From positions 64,001 to 128,000 of the IMG/VR virus record IMGVR_UViG_2595698868_000001: 64,000 bases of DNA. One strand, written 5' to 3'. Below the pieces are notes generated by a model. That model did not search any database. It saw only the letters and a list, made by a program, of their open reading frames with translations, and was not told where the DNA came from. This stretch comes from a virus (lineage: Duplodnaviria; Caudoviricetes). Position numbers and translations under genes: made by a program. Below, one piece after another: positions 28,301 to 37,994 of this stretch (the first letter of the stretch is position 1; each line of letters begins with the position of its first letter).

Positions 28301-28951
28301 GATGAGGTGATCCAATTCCGTGACGTGCGCGAGAATGACGACGGCTCCTGGACCGTCTGGAATCTGTTGCGCGGTCGGCGGGGGACGGAATACGCAACCC
28401 ACACCCATAAGCAGAGCGAAAAGTTCCTGTACTTGCTGAACGAGAATTCTATCGCTCCCGAAGGAGAAATGATCGACACGCGTGGACAGAAGCGCTACTA
28501 TAAGGCCGTCGCTTATGGTCGGACGATCGCGGAAACGCCGCTGATCACCGTCGACTACGAGCCTCGCGATCTGATGCCGTATGCTCCCAAGGACATCCGG
28601 CGCGAATTCACCTCTGACGGACGCATCGAAGTTTCCTGGGCGCGACGTACGCGCATGGGCGGCAACATGCAGGATTACGTGGGCGAGGTCCCTGTAAACG
28701 AGGCTGCCGAGAAGTACGAGGTCTATTTCTACAAGACCCCCTTCATTGGTGATCTGTCGCGCGGCGGGCAGGTTCAGCCTGACTATTTCCACTCGGCGGT
28801 GGTCACTGAACCGCACTACAGCTTCCTGCCCGATCCGACCCAATTTGCCAGTAATCTTGACACGTTGACGGTCGTGGTTTACCAAATTTCTGCGACGGTC
28901 GGTCGTGGATTCCCAGGCACTCGCGATATCGAACCCTGGCAGGACTTCTAG
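25361..28951 (+). CDS. central tail/host-specificity protein, copy 2
   Basis: Paralogue of the preceding gene (MADPISF..., LLRGRRGTE, VGRGFPG end). Confidence 0.85.
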   Translation: MADPISFAVGTVATMGVSYLFPSEGPRIKDLKISASTYGAQIPNVFGVTRVPGNMIWSNKIREKKRKKMVGKGGFYNQYQYFCTFAMGFCYGPITMLRKLWADGKLIFDASGESELETKHNYKLNIYTGSEEQYPDPIMESIVGEGNTPAYRGLCYVVFDDMPLDDFGNRIPQLTAEVFNGEGVIVADGPDIVFQNPEPEENTGDNRPPVSSTYQINQIGVDTFGGYFYLIDKDHPLPIIRQFRISDGQECGRFQFVTPRTDFCYEFSYDSQTIDQIVGVTPRGELLCSISLNNNVAYCMIDLITGDLGVHGTTDPFGGRNCGYGTGTPPGNGSNYHAISVSSSGMAELGISGLFGDVSIYDCTSILAFNANPQQTATTHYGRSSVIVGAYGASTCHFFLPHVDSENSNVITIKRATRSYDQIGVSDVGFIQPFGPQDPNYGFGHIIVFNAVYDTTDGGVLVMFTARKADGTNGEYFAKWSGITGRQLWVKEVPIEAPGVYPRVGTAHQGQYAFVLPLNSHVLYPTVWIIDTMTGDWKAMSVSEQPSFVSYTDETESEVIVDQAAYTGYPIKDTVFIGYDMQYYDPVRQAVITLGSGGTDKIVKIGPEIGSTTLGAIVRSVLKRGGLTNQHMDMSRLESTHVWGYGWAAATDIKSVLEELQRVYLFDIVESEGKLVGVMRSTGSDEDFPGSTVVTIKQGALGSTSPELADFWQETRIQEADLPAKINFTYMNLDADYQPATAYSKRISDPAPTMFSSQQVAIEINIVMKPSEAKTQANRALYAQWAERTMHKTILPWAYLRLDPADLITVEMDDGRSYRERLHHTEIGADFSIQSETYGQDSGAYDIVREGDGGGVPSQPIKAPGTITGFIINTPLLRDQDDTGGSSSRYYAALGNASGDGWRGGELWRAESLPNFDQIDTPINEAEWGHVASILPPPRHGHFALDWENKLTIWPGVKWFELDSITDDELWAGGNAALVGDEVIQFRDVRENDDGSWTVWNLLRGRRGTEYATHTHKQSEKFLYLLNENSIAPEGEMIDTRGQKRYYKAVAYGRTIAETPLITVDYEPRDLMPYAPKDIRREFTSDGRIEVSWARRTRMGGNMQDYVGEVPVNEAAEKYEVYFYKTPFIGDLSRGGQVQPDYFHSAVVTEPHYSFLPDPTQFASNLDTLTVVVYQISATVGRGFPGTRDIEPWQDF

Positions 28952-28999
28952 TCCGCCGGCCCTTCCACCGTCTCTGAAGAGTCACGTTTCGGTCCAAAA

Positions 29000-29833
29000 A
29001 TGACTGACTATACCTCCATCCTTCACATGCCGATGGTGGCCCCCAATCAGAACCAGAAGGAGGCCACGATCAACACCGCCTTGGCGATCGTCGAGGCGGC
29101 GTGCAACGACACGCTGGTGTTGACCTTGAGTGGCAACCGCGCGCTGAACGCCGAGGAGTTTACGCGCTACTTCTTCTTCAAGTTCACGGGCAATTCCGTC
29201 ACCCGGAATGTTTCGGTCCCCAACACCCCGCGCTTCTTCACGGTCTCGAACGCGGGCACGGCCTCGATCAATCTGGACGTCATTGGCGGCAGTGACACGC
29301 CTGTGGTCATCGAAGCCGACAAGCGCGTCCTGGTCTATAGTGACGGCACGCAGATCGTGGCGGTCTCCTCGGGTGTGTCGGCCCTGGGCAACCTTTCGGA
29401 CGTGACCGGAGCCGGCGATGCGAGCGCGGGGCAAGTGCTCAGCTTCGACTCGGGTTCGGGAACCTGGACGCCGACCGACAACATCGCCGATCGCGAATTC
29501 TTCACCAACGGCAAGCCGACGGCTTCACAGCGCGTCTACGCCCACACTTTCGCGCGCAACTGCCGCCTCTTCAGTGACTTCAGTGGGTCGCAAGGCCGCG
29601 CCGGCACCGCCGCCTCAGCAAACGCCGTCTTCAACGTCTACAAGGGCGCTACCCTGGTCGGCACCATGACGGTCGCGGCCGGCTCCACGGTTTTCACCTT
29701 CTCGACCGACACCGGCGGCGGCTCGACCACCGTGACCTTCGCACCCGGCGATACGCTGACGATCCGGGCGCCGTCCTCGCAGGACGCCAACCTCGCCGAT
29801 ATCTCCGTCACCCTCAAGGGCGTCTACTTCTAA
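29000..29833 (+). CDS. tail fibre/accessory protein
   Basis: N-terminus VAPNQNQKEATINTALAI shared with the next gene (DUF2793-like). Confidence 0.7.
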   Translation: MTDYTSILHMPMVAPNQNQKEATINTALAIVEAACNDTLVLTLSGNRALNAEEFTRYFFFKFTGNSVTRNVSVPNTPRFFTVSNAGTASINLDVIGGSDTPVVIEADKRVLVYSDGTQIVAVSSGVSALGNLSDVTGAGDASAGQVLSFDSGSGTWTPTDNIADREFFTNGKPTASQRVYAHTFARNCRLFSDFSGSQGRAGTAASANAVFNVYKGATLVGTMTVAAGSTVFTFSTDTGGGSTTVTFAPGDTLTIRAPSSQDANLADISVTLKGVYF

Positions 29834-29834
29834 A

Positions 29835-32800
29835 ATGACCGACTACACGCCGGACCTCCACCTTCCTCTGGTCGCGCCGAACCAGAATCAGAAGGAAGCC
29901 ACGATCAACACCGCGCTGGCCATTCTGGAGTCGGCGGCGAACGATTCGGTCACGATTTCGCTGATCTCGGGCAACCTGACGCTCAACGACGATCAGTACA
30001 CGAAGTATTTCCACCACCAGTTTGTCGACCACGCCTCGTCGCGCATCGTTTCGCTGCCGGCGACGCGTCGCTGGTTCGCTGTCGAGAACCTCGGCGGAGG
30101 CCCGATCACCTTCAAGGTGACCGGGTCTACGGGCCTGTCTGCCGAACTGCCGTCCGGCAAGATCGGATTGGTGGTCTCCGATGGAGTCGATGTGCGTTTC
30201 GTGGTTCCCGATCCGACCGGCGGGCTGGGCCTCCTGCGAGACCTGTCTGACGTCGATGGCATCCCCACGGATGGACAACTGCTGCGCTGGTATGCGGCCG
30301 ACAGCCTGTGGAAGCCCTGGACTCTGACGCTGCCCTTCAAGGGCCTGAGCGACGTCCCGAGCACCTACGTTGGCGAAGGTGGGAAGCTCCTTGCCGTCCG
30401 CATGGATGGCACCGGCATCGAGTTCGTGTCCTCGGCTGCCAACATCAATTCGTTCGTCGATCTGGACGATACGCCCAACAGCTACTCGGGCTCCGCCAAC
30501 TTCACCGTCAAGGTCAACTCCGCCGGCACGGGCCTGACCTTCGCGCTACCGCGCCTGACCGAAGCCGCCGACTTCCCCTCGAATTATACGGGCGCCGCCG
30601 GCAAGCTGCTGCGCGTCAACTCGACCGCGAACGGAGTCATGTTTGACGTCCTCAAGGTTGTCGACCTGAGCGACGGTCCTGGGGCGCCGTCTGCGCCTAA
30701 TGCCCTGCGCTACATCCGCGTCAACGCTGCGGGTAACGGCTGGGAATACGCAACGGGAACCGGTGGCCCGGATCACTTCACGCAACTCGAAGACACGCCT
30801 GACAACTACACGGGTAAGGCCAAGCAATTCCCGCGTGTCAACGACGCCGAAGATGGCCTGATCTTCTCGACCGTCAAGTTCACCGATCTCGCGGACGGGC
30901 CGGGCGCGTTCACGGGCTCGGGCAAGAAGTTCCTGCGTATCAATACGGCAGCGAACGCGATCATCTACGACGCACCGAAGGTTGAAGACCTCGCGGATGG
31001 TCCCGGTGCGCCGGCGGTGGCACACGCCAAGAAGGTGCTGCGTGTCAACACGGCTGGTAACGCGGTCGAGTACATCACGCTCAAGATTACCGACCTGGGC
31101 GGTTTCCCCTCGTCGTTTACGGGTCAGGGCGGCAAGTATCTGATCGTCAAGGGTGACGAATCGGGCATCCAGTTCACGACGGCCTCTTATACGACGAGCT
31201 TCCTGAATCTGACTGACGTACCTGCGGAATCCTATGCAGGTCTCGCCGGCCGGGCCTTCGTTGTCGACCCCACGGCCACGGGCCTCATTCCGGGTCCGAT
31301 CATCCCGACCCGCCTGGGTCAACTGGCGGATGTCGAGGACGGCACGGGCACCCCGCAGCAGGGCGACTTCCTGCGCTGGATCGACGGGGTCTGGCAAGCC
31401 GATCCGTTCCCGGTCACGGGTGGCGGAGGCGGCGGCGCGACCGAACTGGCTGAACTGACGGACGTCGAGATTGCTGCATCGGACCCGCCGCAGGATGGTC
31501 AGGTTCTGGGCTTCAGCGCCGCGACCGGTAAGTGGACGCCGACGACCGTGCAGACGACGGTCGTCTCAGACCTGGATGATCTGGCGGACGTTACGATCAC
31601 CTCGCCGGTCAATGGGCAGATCATGGTCTACCGTGATGGCGAGTGGGTCAACGAGGACCCCGCCAGCCAGGGCGTGCCTTCGAATGGCTCGCATATCTAC
31701 TGGCGGTTGCTGCTGCACGCTACCGACGGCTCGACCGTTCAATACGGCATCCAGGAAATCCAGTTCAAGCAGTCCAAGTTTGGGCCGGATTTGGCGAATG
31801 GCGGCACGGCCTCGGCGAGCACGGACGAATTCGGCACCGCGAGCGGCGCCTTCGATAACGTGATCAGCGGGGCTTGGTTCTCGACCACGGCCGCCGACGG
31901 CCAATGGATCAAGTATCAGTTCCCGACGCCGGCTGAAGTGCGATACATGACGATCCAGGGATCGCAGTCGCAGCCGAACACGTCGCCGTCGGCCTTCTCG
32001 GTCCAATGGTCGGATAACGACGCTGATTGGACGACCGCCTGGGAAGTCACCGGGCAAACGGGCTGGGCGCCGGGCCAGACGCGCGAGTTTCACGCGCCGA
32101 TCGACCTCTACTTCACCGATCTGGCTGACGCGCCGCAATCCTACATCGGACAGGCCGCCAAGTTGCTGCGCGTCAAGGGCGACAGCAGCGGCCTGGAATT
32201 CTTCACGCTGTTCGTGCCGACGACGCTTGGCCAACTGGCAGACGTGGAAGACGCCACGGGTACGCCGCAGGACGGCTATGTCCTGACTTACAAGGATGGG
32301 GTTTGGCAAGCTGAGCCGCCGGCTGGAGGCTCCGGAGGCGGTGGCGGTGCGTCCGCCTTCATCGACCTGACTGACGCTCCTTCAAGCTACGCCGGCGAGG
32401 GTGGCAACGCCGTGCGGGTCAAGATGACCGAAGACGGCCTGGAGTTCTACTCCCCAGGTACGGGAGGAGGAGGCGGAGGTGGCTGGCGAGGAGGTTGGGC
32501 GGCGGGAGCCGAGCAAGTCTTCATCACCTTCGATGACGGCATGCTCAATCCGGCCTTCAGCTATGACGCCAGTGGGTTCTCGGTCGTCAACCAACCGGAC
32601 TCTGTGGCTGGGACGACCTACGCTCTGAAGTTCCGCCCGATCGGCAATGGAGCCTCCTGTTACTGCGAACTCCCGATCGAGGACGTGGTCAACGCCGCCA
32701 ACCTCAAGGTCCGCTATAAGGTCTCCTCCGAAGGTCCGGATTATTTCCGTATCCTCCAGGACGGCTCTCAGGTTCTCCAGGACAGTGGTAACACGGGGCT

Positions 32801-34832
32801 CTATGAGGAGTTCTCGCTGGCGACCACGGGCGATCACACCCTTCGCTTCACGTACAGCAAGGACGGCTCGCTGGCGGTCGGAGACGATACGGTCTACATT
32901 TCGCAGATCACGTACTACAAGACGCTGACCAACCCCTATGTCTATGGGGACACGGTCACCTATCAGGGGGCTTACTGGTTCTGTCGGCAGGCAGGCACCA
33001 GCGAGGCGCCCGGTGATGGCGACGATTGGATCAAGCTGCCCGAGAGCTTGGCCAATCTCAAGGACATCGACTTCTCGACGCCTCCGACGTCAGGCCAAAC
33101 CCTGGTCTACGATTCGTTGACCTCCAAGTTCAAGCCGGGCGCAGCGTCGGGCGGTGGCTCTTCCACCACCTATAACATCGGCTTGCCGCCGCGCACGCGC
33201 GTCCACCGCGCGGCGGTTCAGGCGATCGCCACCGCGACCTGGACGGCCGTACAATGGGACACCGAAGCCGAGGACGCCGTCAACGCCTTCGTCAGCGGGT
33301 CCAATACGCGGATTACTGTACCGGCAGGGGTGAGTAAGGCTCGCGCCACGGCCTACGTGAATTGGGGCTCCAACATGAACGGCGCCACCATCATTGGCGC
33401 CGCCCTGCGTCGTAATGGCGTCGAGACCGGTAGCACCGGCGGGAGCCGGATCGTTGCTTCGCGTAGCGGCCAGTACGAGTCTCATCTCAATTTCACGTCG
33501 GAATGGTTCCCGGTCACGGCGGGCGATTACTACGAACTGTTCGTGCTTCAGCAGTCGGGGATCACCGCCAACCTCAACGGGCCAGTCACGAACTTCGGCG
33601 AAAACACCTATCTCCAGTTCGAATGGGATGACGGCACGCCGATCACTGCGATCGAAGCTGGTGACACCCACGGCGCGCACCAGGGTTGGCGTGTCATCCT
33701 GACCGATAGTCAGACGGGAACTTTCGCCACGATTTCGGAACTGAAGTTCTACGATCGATCTGGCGTACAGATTCCGACTACCGGTGGCAAGCTCTTCGAC
33801 ACCAATTCCTCGCCTAGCTATCCAGTTCAGCAGGCTTTCGACGGAAACACTACCACTTATTGGTCTTCGTCTCAGGTGGCGTCTTCCGGAGTCTATGGCG
33901 GGCCGGGCTACATTTTCGCCTCACCGGTCGATGTTGGCTCGATCAAGATCACCTCGACGGGTACCGATTTCAACACCACGAACTCGCCCCAGAGCTTCGT
34001 CATCCAGTACACCGATGACGGCGGAGTGTCCTGGCTAACTTACCACACTGTTTCAGGACAGACCGGATGGGGCGACCACGAGGAACGTACCTTCGTCCTG
34101 CCACTGGTTGGCGTTGCGCGCGTCGCGGGCGCTCGCATGCTCGACGAACTTCGTGATGTCACCCTGGGGACGCCGAAGAATGGCGATCTTCTGACTTACG
34201 ATAGCCTCTCTGGGGTCTGGAAGCAGAAGAGCCCGCTGGGATGGGCACCGCCTCTGGCAGCCCACTTCCCCACGGCCGTGGGTTCCGTAGCCCTGACCTT
34301 GGCGGACGACGCCGACGTGGGACTGACGATCGATTGCGGCGCTGCCGCATCGGGCGATGTTCAGCGCGGCGTCTTCAAGAGCCTCCCTACTTCGGGCGAT
34401 TGGTCGGTTACCGCCAAGATCATCGACCATCTGGCGCCGGTCTACTACAACGCCGTGGGCCTCATGCTGCGCGAATCTACGACCGGCAAGCTGGTGCTGT
34501 TGGGCTGTGAGGTCGCCGGATCGAGCTTCTCGGTGCCGATGCGACAGGTGCGTTATTCGCGCCTCCCAGGTCTCACGGGGTTCACGGCCAATGACTACGG
34601 ACGCCCCTCGCCATCCTTGCCGCAATGGTATCGCCTCTCATACACTGCTGCGACGACCACGCTCAAGGCGGAGGTCTCCTCCGATGGCAAGTTCTGGCGC
34701 ACGATCGTTTCCCAGCCCGTGACCACGGGCTTTACGACTAAGCCAGATCAGGTCGGACTTGGTTGCTCGCTGAACTACTCCGACACGCAATCGGCGATGT
34801 TCTCGGTTCCTTATTGGGCACAGAGCTTCTAA
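29835..34832 (+). CDS. long tail fibre / receptor-binding protein
   Basis: 1665 aa; repeated DL.D.P..Y.G...K.LRVN units, LADVE repeats, discoidin-like and lectin-like domains. Confidence 0.8.
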   Translation: MTDYTPDLHLPLVAPNQNQKEATINTALAILESAANDSVTISLISGNLTLNDDQYTKYFHHQFVDHASSRIVSLPATRRWFAVENLGGGPITFKVTGSTGLSAELPSGKIGLVVSDGVDVRFVVPDPTGGLGLLRDLSDVDGIPTDGQLLRWYAADSLWKPWTLTLPFKGLSDVPSTYVGEGGKLLAVRMDGTGIEFVSSAANINSFVDLDDTPNSYSGSANFTVKVNSAGTGLTFALPRLTEAADFPSNYTGAAGKLLRVNSTANGVMFDVLKVVDLSDGPGAPSAPNALRYIRVNAAGNGWEYATGTGGPDHFTQLEDTPDNYTGKAKQFPRVNDAEDGLIFSTVKFTDLADGPGAFTGSGKKFLRINTAANAIIYDAPKVEDLADGPGAPAVAHAKKVLRVNTAGNAVEYITLKITDLGGFPSSFTGQGGKYLIVKGDESGIQFTTASYTTSFLNLTDVPAESYAGLAGRAFVVDPTATGLIPGPIIPTRLGQLADVEDGTGTPQQGDFLRWIDGVWQADPFPVTGGGGGGATELAELTDVEIAASDPPQDGQVLGFSAATGKWTPTTVQTTVVSDLDDLADVTITSPVNGQIMVYRDGEWVNEDPASQGVPSNGSHIYWRLLLHATDGSTVQYGIQEIQFKQSKFGPDLANGGTASASTDEFGTASGAFDNVISGAWFSTTAADGQWIKYQFPTPAEVRYMTIQGSQSQPNTSPSAFSVQWSDNDADWTTAWEVTGQTGWAPGQTREFHAPIDLYFTDLADAPQSYIGQAAKLLRVKGDSSGLEFFTLFVPTTLGQLADVEDATGTPQDGYVLTYKDGVWQAEPPAGGSGGGGGASAFIDLTDAPSSYAGEGGNAVRVKMTEDGLEFYSPGTGGGGGGGWRGGWAAGAEQVFITFDDGMLNPAFSYDASGFSVVNQPDSVAGTTYALKFRPIGNGASCYCELPIEDVVNAANLKVRYKVSSEGPDYFRILQDGSQVLQDSGNTGLYEEFSLATTGDHTLRFTYSKDGSLAVGDDTVYISQITYYKTLTNPYVYGDTVTYQGAYWFCRQAGTSEAPGDGDDWIKLPESLANLKDIDFSTPPTSGQTLVYDSLTSKFKPGAASGGGSSTTYNIGLPPRTRVHRAAVQAIATATWTAVQWDTEAEDAVNAFVSGSNTRITVPAGVSKARATAYVNWGSNMNGATIIGAALRRNGVETGSTGGSRIVASRSGQYESHLNFTSEWFPVTAGDYYELFVLQQSGITANLNGPVTNFGENTYLQFEWDDGTPITAIEAGDTHGAHQGWRVILTDSQTGTFATISELKFYDRSGVQIPTTGGKLFDTNSSPSYPVQQAFDGNTTTYWSSSQVASSGVYGGPGYIFASPVDVGSIKITSTGTDFNTTNSPQSFVIQYTDDGGVSWLTYHTVSGQTGWGDHEERTFVLPLVGVARVAGARMLDELRDVTLGTPKNGDLLTYDSLSGVWKQKSPLGWAPPLAAHFPTAVGSVALTLADDADVGLTIDCGAAASGDVQRGVFKSLPTSGDWSVTAKIIDHLAPVYYNAVGLMLRESTTGKLVLLGCEVAGSSFSVPMRQVRYSRLPGLTGFTANDYGRPSPSLPQWYRLSYTAATTTLKAEVSSDGKFWRTIVSQPVTTGFTTKPDQVGLGCSLNYSDTQSAMFSVPYWAQSF

Positions 34833-35482
34833 TGAGCCGCTTCTGGAAGGCCCAGAAGTGGCATCCGAACAAGACCTGCTTCATCGTCGGAGGCGGTCCA
34901 AGCCTGAAGGGCATGGACCTCTCCGGCCTTGACGGGCGACTGGTCATCACCGCGAACAACGCCTACCAGTTGGTGAAGGAACCTGACACCATCTTCTTCG
35001 CGGACACGCGATGGTGGCGCTGGCACCGCGAGCGCATCGGTGAGTTCCGAGGCCGGATTGTGACGGCTGCCTCGTCACGTGATTTCGGCGACGGACGCGT
35101 CTGCCGCATGGGGCGTGATTACAGCTATACCAAGGATGAGGGACCGGCCCTATCGCGGGACCCTTCGATGCTGTGCGGCGCGGACAGCGGATACATGGCG
35201 ATCAACCTCGCCTACCACTATGGAGTCAGCCGCATCGTGCTCCTGGGCTTTGACATGGGCTTTGTAGGCGGCGAGGCCCACTGGCATCCGGACCATCCGA
35301 TCGCCACGCCAGAGTCACATTACGTGGATCGTTTTGGCCCGACCTATCCTGCCTTGGTGCAAGCGCTCAAGAAGGAGAATGTCGAGGTGCTGCGCTGCAC
35401 GCCCTCGCGATTGGATTTCATTCCCGAAGTCCCTCTGGCCGACGCACTGGCGCTTCCGGACCGATTCCACGGCCGGCTTTAG
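34832..35482 (+). CDS. glycosyltransferase-related protein (GGGPSL motif)
   Basis: FIVGGGPSL, SGYMAINLA and IVLLGFDM motifs. Confidence 0.6.
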   Translation: MSRFWKAQKWHPNKTCFIVGGGPSLKGMDLSGLDGRLVITANNAYQLVKEPDTIFFADTRWWRWHRERIGEFRGRIVTAASSRDFGDGRVCRMGRDYSYTKDEGPALSRDPSMLCGADSGYMAINLAYHYGVSRIVLLGFDMGFVGGEAHWHPDHPIATPESHYVDRFGPTYPALVQALKKENVEVLRCTPSRLDFIPEVPLADALALPDRFHGRL

Positions 35483-35531
35483 GGCGCCAGTATTCTTGAC
35501 ACGTTAACCCTCTTCGCCTTAAGACCTAGGG

Positions 35532-36368
35532 ATGCCCAAGGCTTACGTCCATCTCCTGGATGCGGTTCACTACCGCCGCGATGCGTTCGTCAACGGCTTC
35601 GCGCGCCTGGGTTATATCGTAGAGCGAGGCACGCCGGCGGTTCCATTGGCGCCCGACGACGTCGTGGTGATCTGGAACAAGACACCGCGTTCGGCCCAGG
35701 CGCTGCGAATGGCGCGCAAGAACGGAGCGGCCGTCCTGGTCGCCGAAAACGGCTACTTCGGTAAGGACGTCAATGGTCACCAACCTTACGCCTTGGCGCT
35801 CGATGGGCACAACGGCTCGGGGCGCTGGTTCGCGCCTGACTCCTCGCGTCTCGATCGTTTGAGCGTTCCGTTTGAGCCCGTGCGTGCTCCGGGGATGCTG
35901 GGTAAGGTCCTGATCGCCGACCAGCGCGGTATCGGCAGTCAAAAGATGCGCTCACCGCCCAAGTTCGGCGTCCAGATGCTGGAGCGCCTGACGCATCATC
36001 AGCCGTTTCGCCAAATCGAGCTACGCGCGCATCCCGGACGTCATAAGGCCGACGTGTCGCTGGAACGCGATCTAGAGGATTGCGACGCGCTCGTGGTTTG
36101 GTCTTCGAACTGTGCAACCCTGGCCCTTCAAAAGGGCATCCCTGTCCATTACTGCGCACCAGCGATCGCGTCGGCGGGCGCTGCCAAGCCTTTCATGCCG
36201 AGCTTGCGCGCCACCTTCACCGAGGAGGAGCGCCGCGAGGCCTTTGCACGCATGGCCTGGGCGCAGTGGTTCCTCGATGAGATCGCCAGCGGCGAGGCGA
36301 TGCGCACTCTGCTCGACGTCTACGCGGGCACGCTTCCATCCGTCTCTCCGGGCATTGACCTCGCATGA
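35532..36368 (+). CDS. putative glycosyltransferase (capsule-biosynthesis-like fold)
   Basis: ENGYF, RAHP, WSSNCATLALQKGIPV and AWAQW; paralogue of the next gene. Confidence 0.55.
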   Translation: MPKAYVHLLDAVHYRRDAFVNGFARLGYIVERGTPAVPLAPDDVVVIWNKTPRSAQALRMARKNGAAVLVAENGYFGKDVNGHQPYALALDGHNGSGRWFAPDSSRLDRLSVPFEPVRAPGMLGKVLIADQRGIGSQKMRSPPKFGVQMLERLTHHQPFRQIELRAHPGRHKADVSLERDLEDCDALVVWSSNCATLALQKGIPVHYCAPAIASAGAAKPFMPSLRATFTEEERREAFARMAWAQWFLDEIASGEAMRTLLDVYAGTLPSVSPGIDLA

Positions 36369-37210
36369 TCCGACCGCCTCTCAATCCCCTTTTTCAGCCG
36401 CCGGTCTGCGTCATCCAGCGCGGTAAGCCCAAGTCCCAGATGCTCGCGGAAGCGATCGTCAAGGGTGCCCGAGGTGGCAAGATCATGGTAACGCCGCATG
36501 TCAGCGAATTGCCGGCCGGGCATATTCCGGTCGTGATCGGGGCGCATCCCACGACCATCGAGACGCTGCGCGCGCTCCACGATAACGGCCATCCCTATGT
36601 CTACGTGGATAATGGCTATTTCCATCCGTACAAGAGCGGCGGCTACTTCCGCGCCACCTGTAACGCGCTCCAGTGGGTCGATCGTTGGCCGTACGATCGC
36701 GCCGAGGCTCGCAACCGCTGGGAAAGCCATAGGCTGAAGGTCGCGCCCTGGCGGGACGAAGGCGGCCACGTGTTGATCGCTCTTCAGACGTCGACTTGGT
36801 ACCAAATGATGGGCGTCGACCAGGATGCCTGGGTGCGCGATGTCCTGGAGCGTCTCACGCCGTGGACGAAGCGCAAGATCATCGTCCGGCAGAAGCCCCT
36901 GAAGGGCATCCAGGTTCCTCCTCTAGAGGAAGAACTGAAGAACGCTTGGGCGGTGGTCGCCTACTCTTCGAATGTCATGCTCGACGCATCTCTCCAGGGC
37001 ATCGCGGTCTTTCCGCAGCGGGCGTGCGCCGCCCAGCCCCTGGGTACCGGACAGCTATCGCGAATTGAAGAACCCCGCCGGGTCTTCGATCGCGAGCGCA
37101 TCTACGAAGAACTTGCCGCCGCGCAATGGACCGTTCCCGAGATGGAATCCGGGAAGATGTGGAACGACCTGCGCTGCCAGTACCAGCCTGAATTTGGACG
37201 CCTTGCATGA
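36365..37210 (+). CDS. putative glycosyltransferase (capsule-biosynthesis-like fold)
   Basis: DNGYF, RQKP, YSSNVMLDASLQGIAV and AAAQW. Confidence 0.55.
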   Translation: MIRPPLNPLFQPPVCVIQRGKPKSQMLAEAIVKGARGGKIMVTPHVSELPAGHIPVVIGAHPTTIETLRALHDNGHPYVYVDNGYFHPYKSGGYFRATCNALQWVDRWPYDRAEARNRWESHRLKVAPWRDEGGHVLIALQTSTWYQMMGVDQDAWVRDVLERLTPWTKRKIIVRQKPLKGIQVPPLEEELKNAWAVVAYSSNVMLDASLQGIAVFPQRACAAQPLGTGQLSRIEEPRRVFDRERIYEELAAAQWTVPEMESGKMWNDLRCQYQPEFGRLA

Positions 37211-37992
37211 CCCTTCACGTCTTCGTCGGCTACGACGTTCGCGAACACGCTGCCTGGATGGTGTGTCGCGACAGCCTCCTCAACCCCATCGCCTACGAGG
37301 GCGACGCGCCGTTGGATGTCCAGGTCCATCCCGTCTCGCACCGTGAACTGCGCCGCGCCGGCGTCTTCGATCGCCCCTGGCGCATCGACGAGAAGGGGCA
37401 GACCTGGGACGAGCGCGACGGCCGTCCATTCTCGACCGAGTTCAGCCACTCGCGTTTCCTGGTCCCGTCGTTGGCTCAGGCGATGGGGTTGACCGGGCAG
37501 GTCGTCTTCGTCGATTGCGATTTCATGTTCATGCACTCGGTGGTCGACATGGTCGACTCACTCGATCCGACCAAGCTGGTGTCGGTGGTCAAGCATGATT
37601 TCGAGCGGATCGCGGCCGGTACGAAGATGGACGGCATGTCGCAGAGCCGTTACTACCGCAAGCTGTGGTCGAGCCTGATGGTGTTCAATCTCGATCATGA
37701 AGACGCGCATCTCTTCCATCCGCATTACGCAAACACCTGGGATGGGTCCAGCCTTCACGGGTTCCAACCGCTGACCGATAGCGAAATCGGGGACATCCCC
37801 AGCGAGTGGAATCACATCCCAGGTCACTCCTCGGCGAACGAGGTTCCCTCAGCCATCCACTGGTCTTTCGGCGGTCCCTGGATGCCCGCGTACGAAAAGG
37901 CGGCCTGGGCTCCGCTGTGGCGCGCACGCTACGTCCAGGTGATGCAGGACGCGCTGATCGACGACATCTCCACCACTTTCCCGATCCTGTGA
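37207..37992 (+). CDS. GT-A (GT8-like) glycosyltransferase
   Basis: VFVGYD, STEFSHSRFLVP, FVDCDF (DxD), KLWSSLMVFN and HWSFGGPW. Confidence 0.8.
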   Translation: MTLHVFVGYDVREHAAWMVCRDSLLNPIAYEGDAPLDVQVHPVSHRELRRAGVFDRPWRIDEKGQTWDERDGRPFSTEFSHSRFLVPSLAQAMGLTGQVVFVDCDFMFMHSVVDMVDSLDPTKLVSVVKHDFERIAAGTKMDGMSQSRYYRKLWSSLMVFNLDHEDAHLFHPHYANTWDGSSLHGFQPLTDSEIGDIPSEWNHIPGHSSANEVPSAIHWSFGGPWMPAYEKAAWAPLWRARYVQVMQDALIDDISTTFPIL

Positions 37993-37994
37993 CC

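Noticed and set aside
21763-28951. Diversity-generating retroelement or invertible tail-fibre switch
   Set aside because: No reverse transcriptase or invertase in the window; the copies are same-strand, full-length and differ throughout rather than only at adenines
35500-35525. Full CtrA box
   Set aside because: TTAA pairs are 11 nt apart rather than 7; only half-sites are supportable
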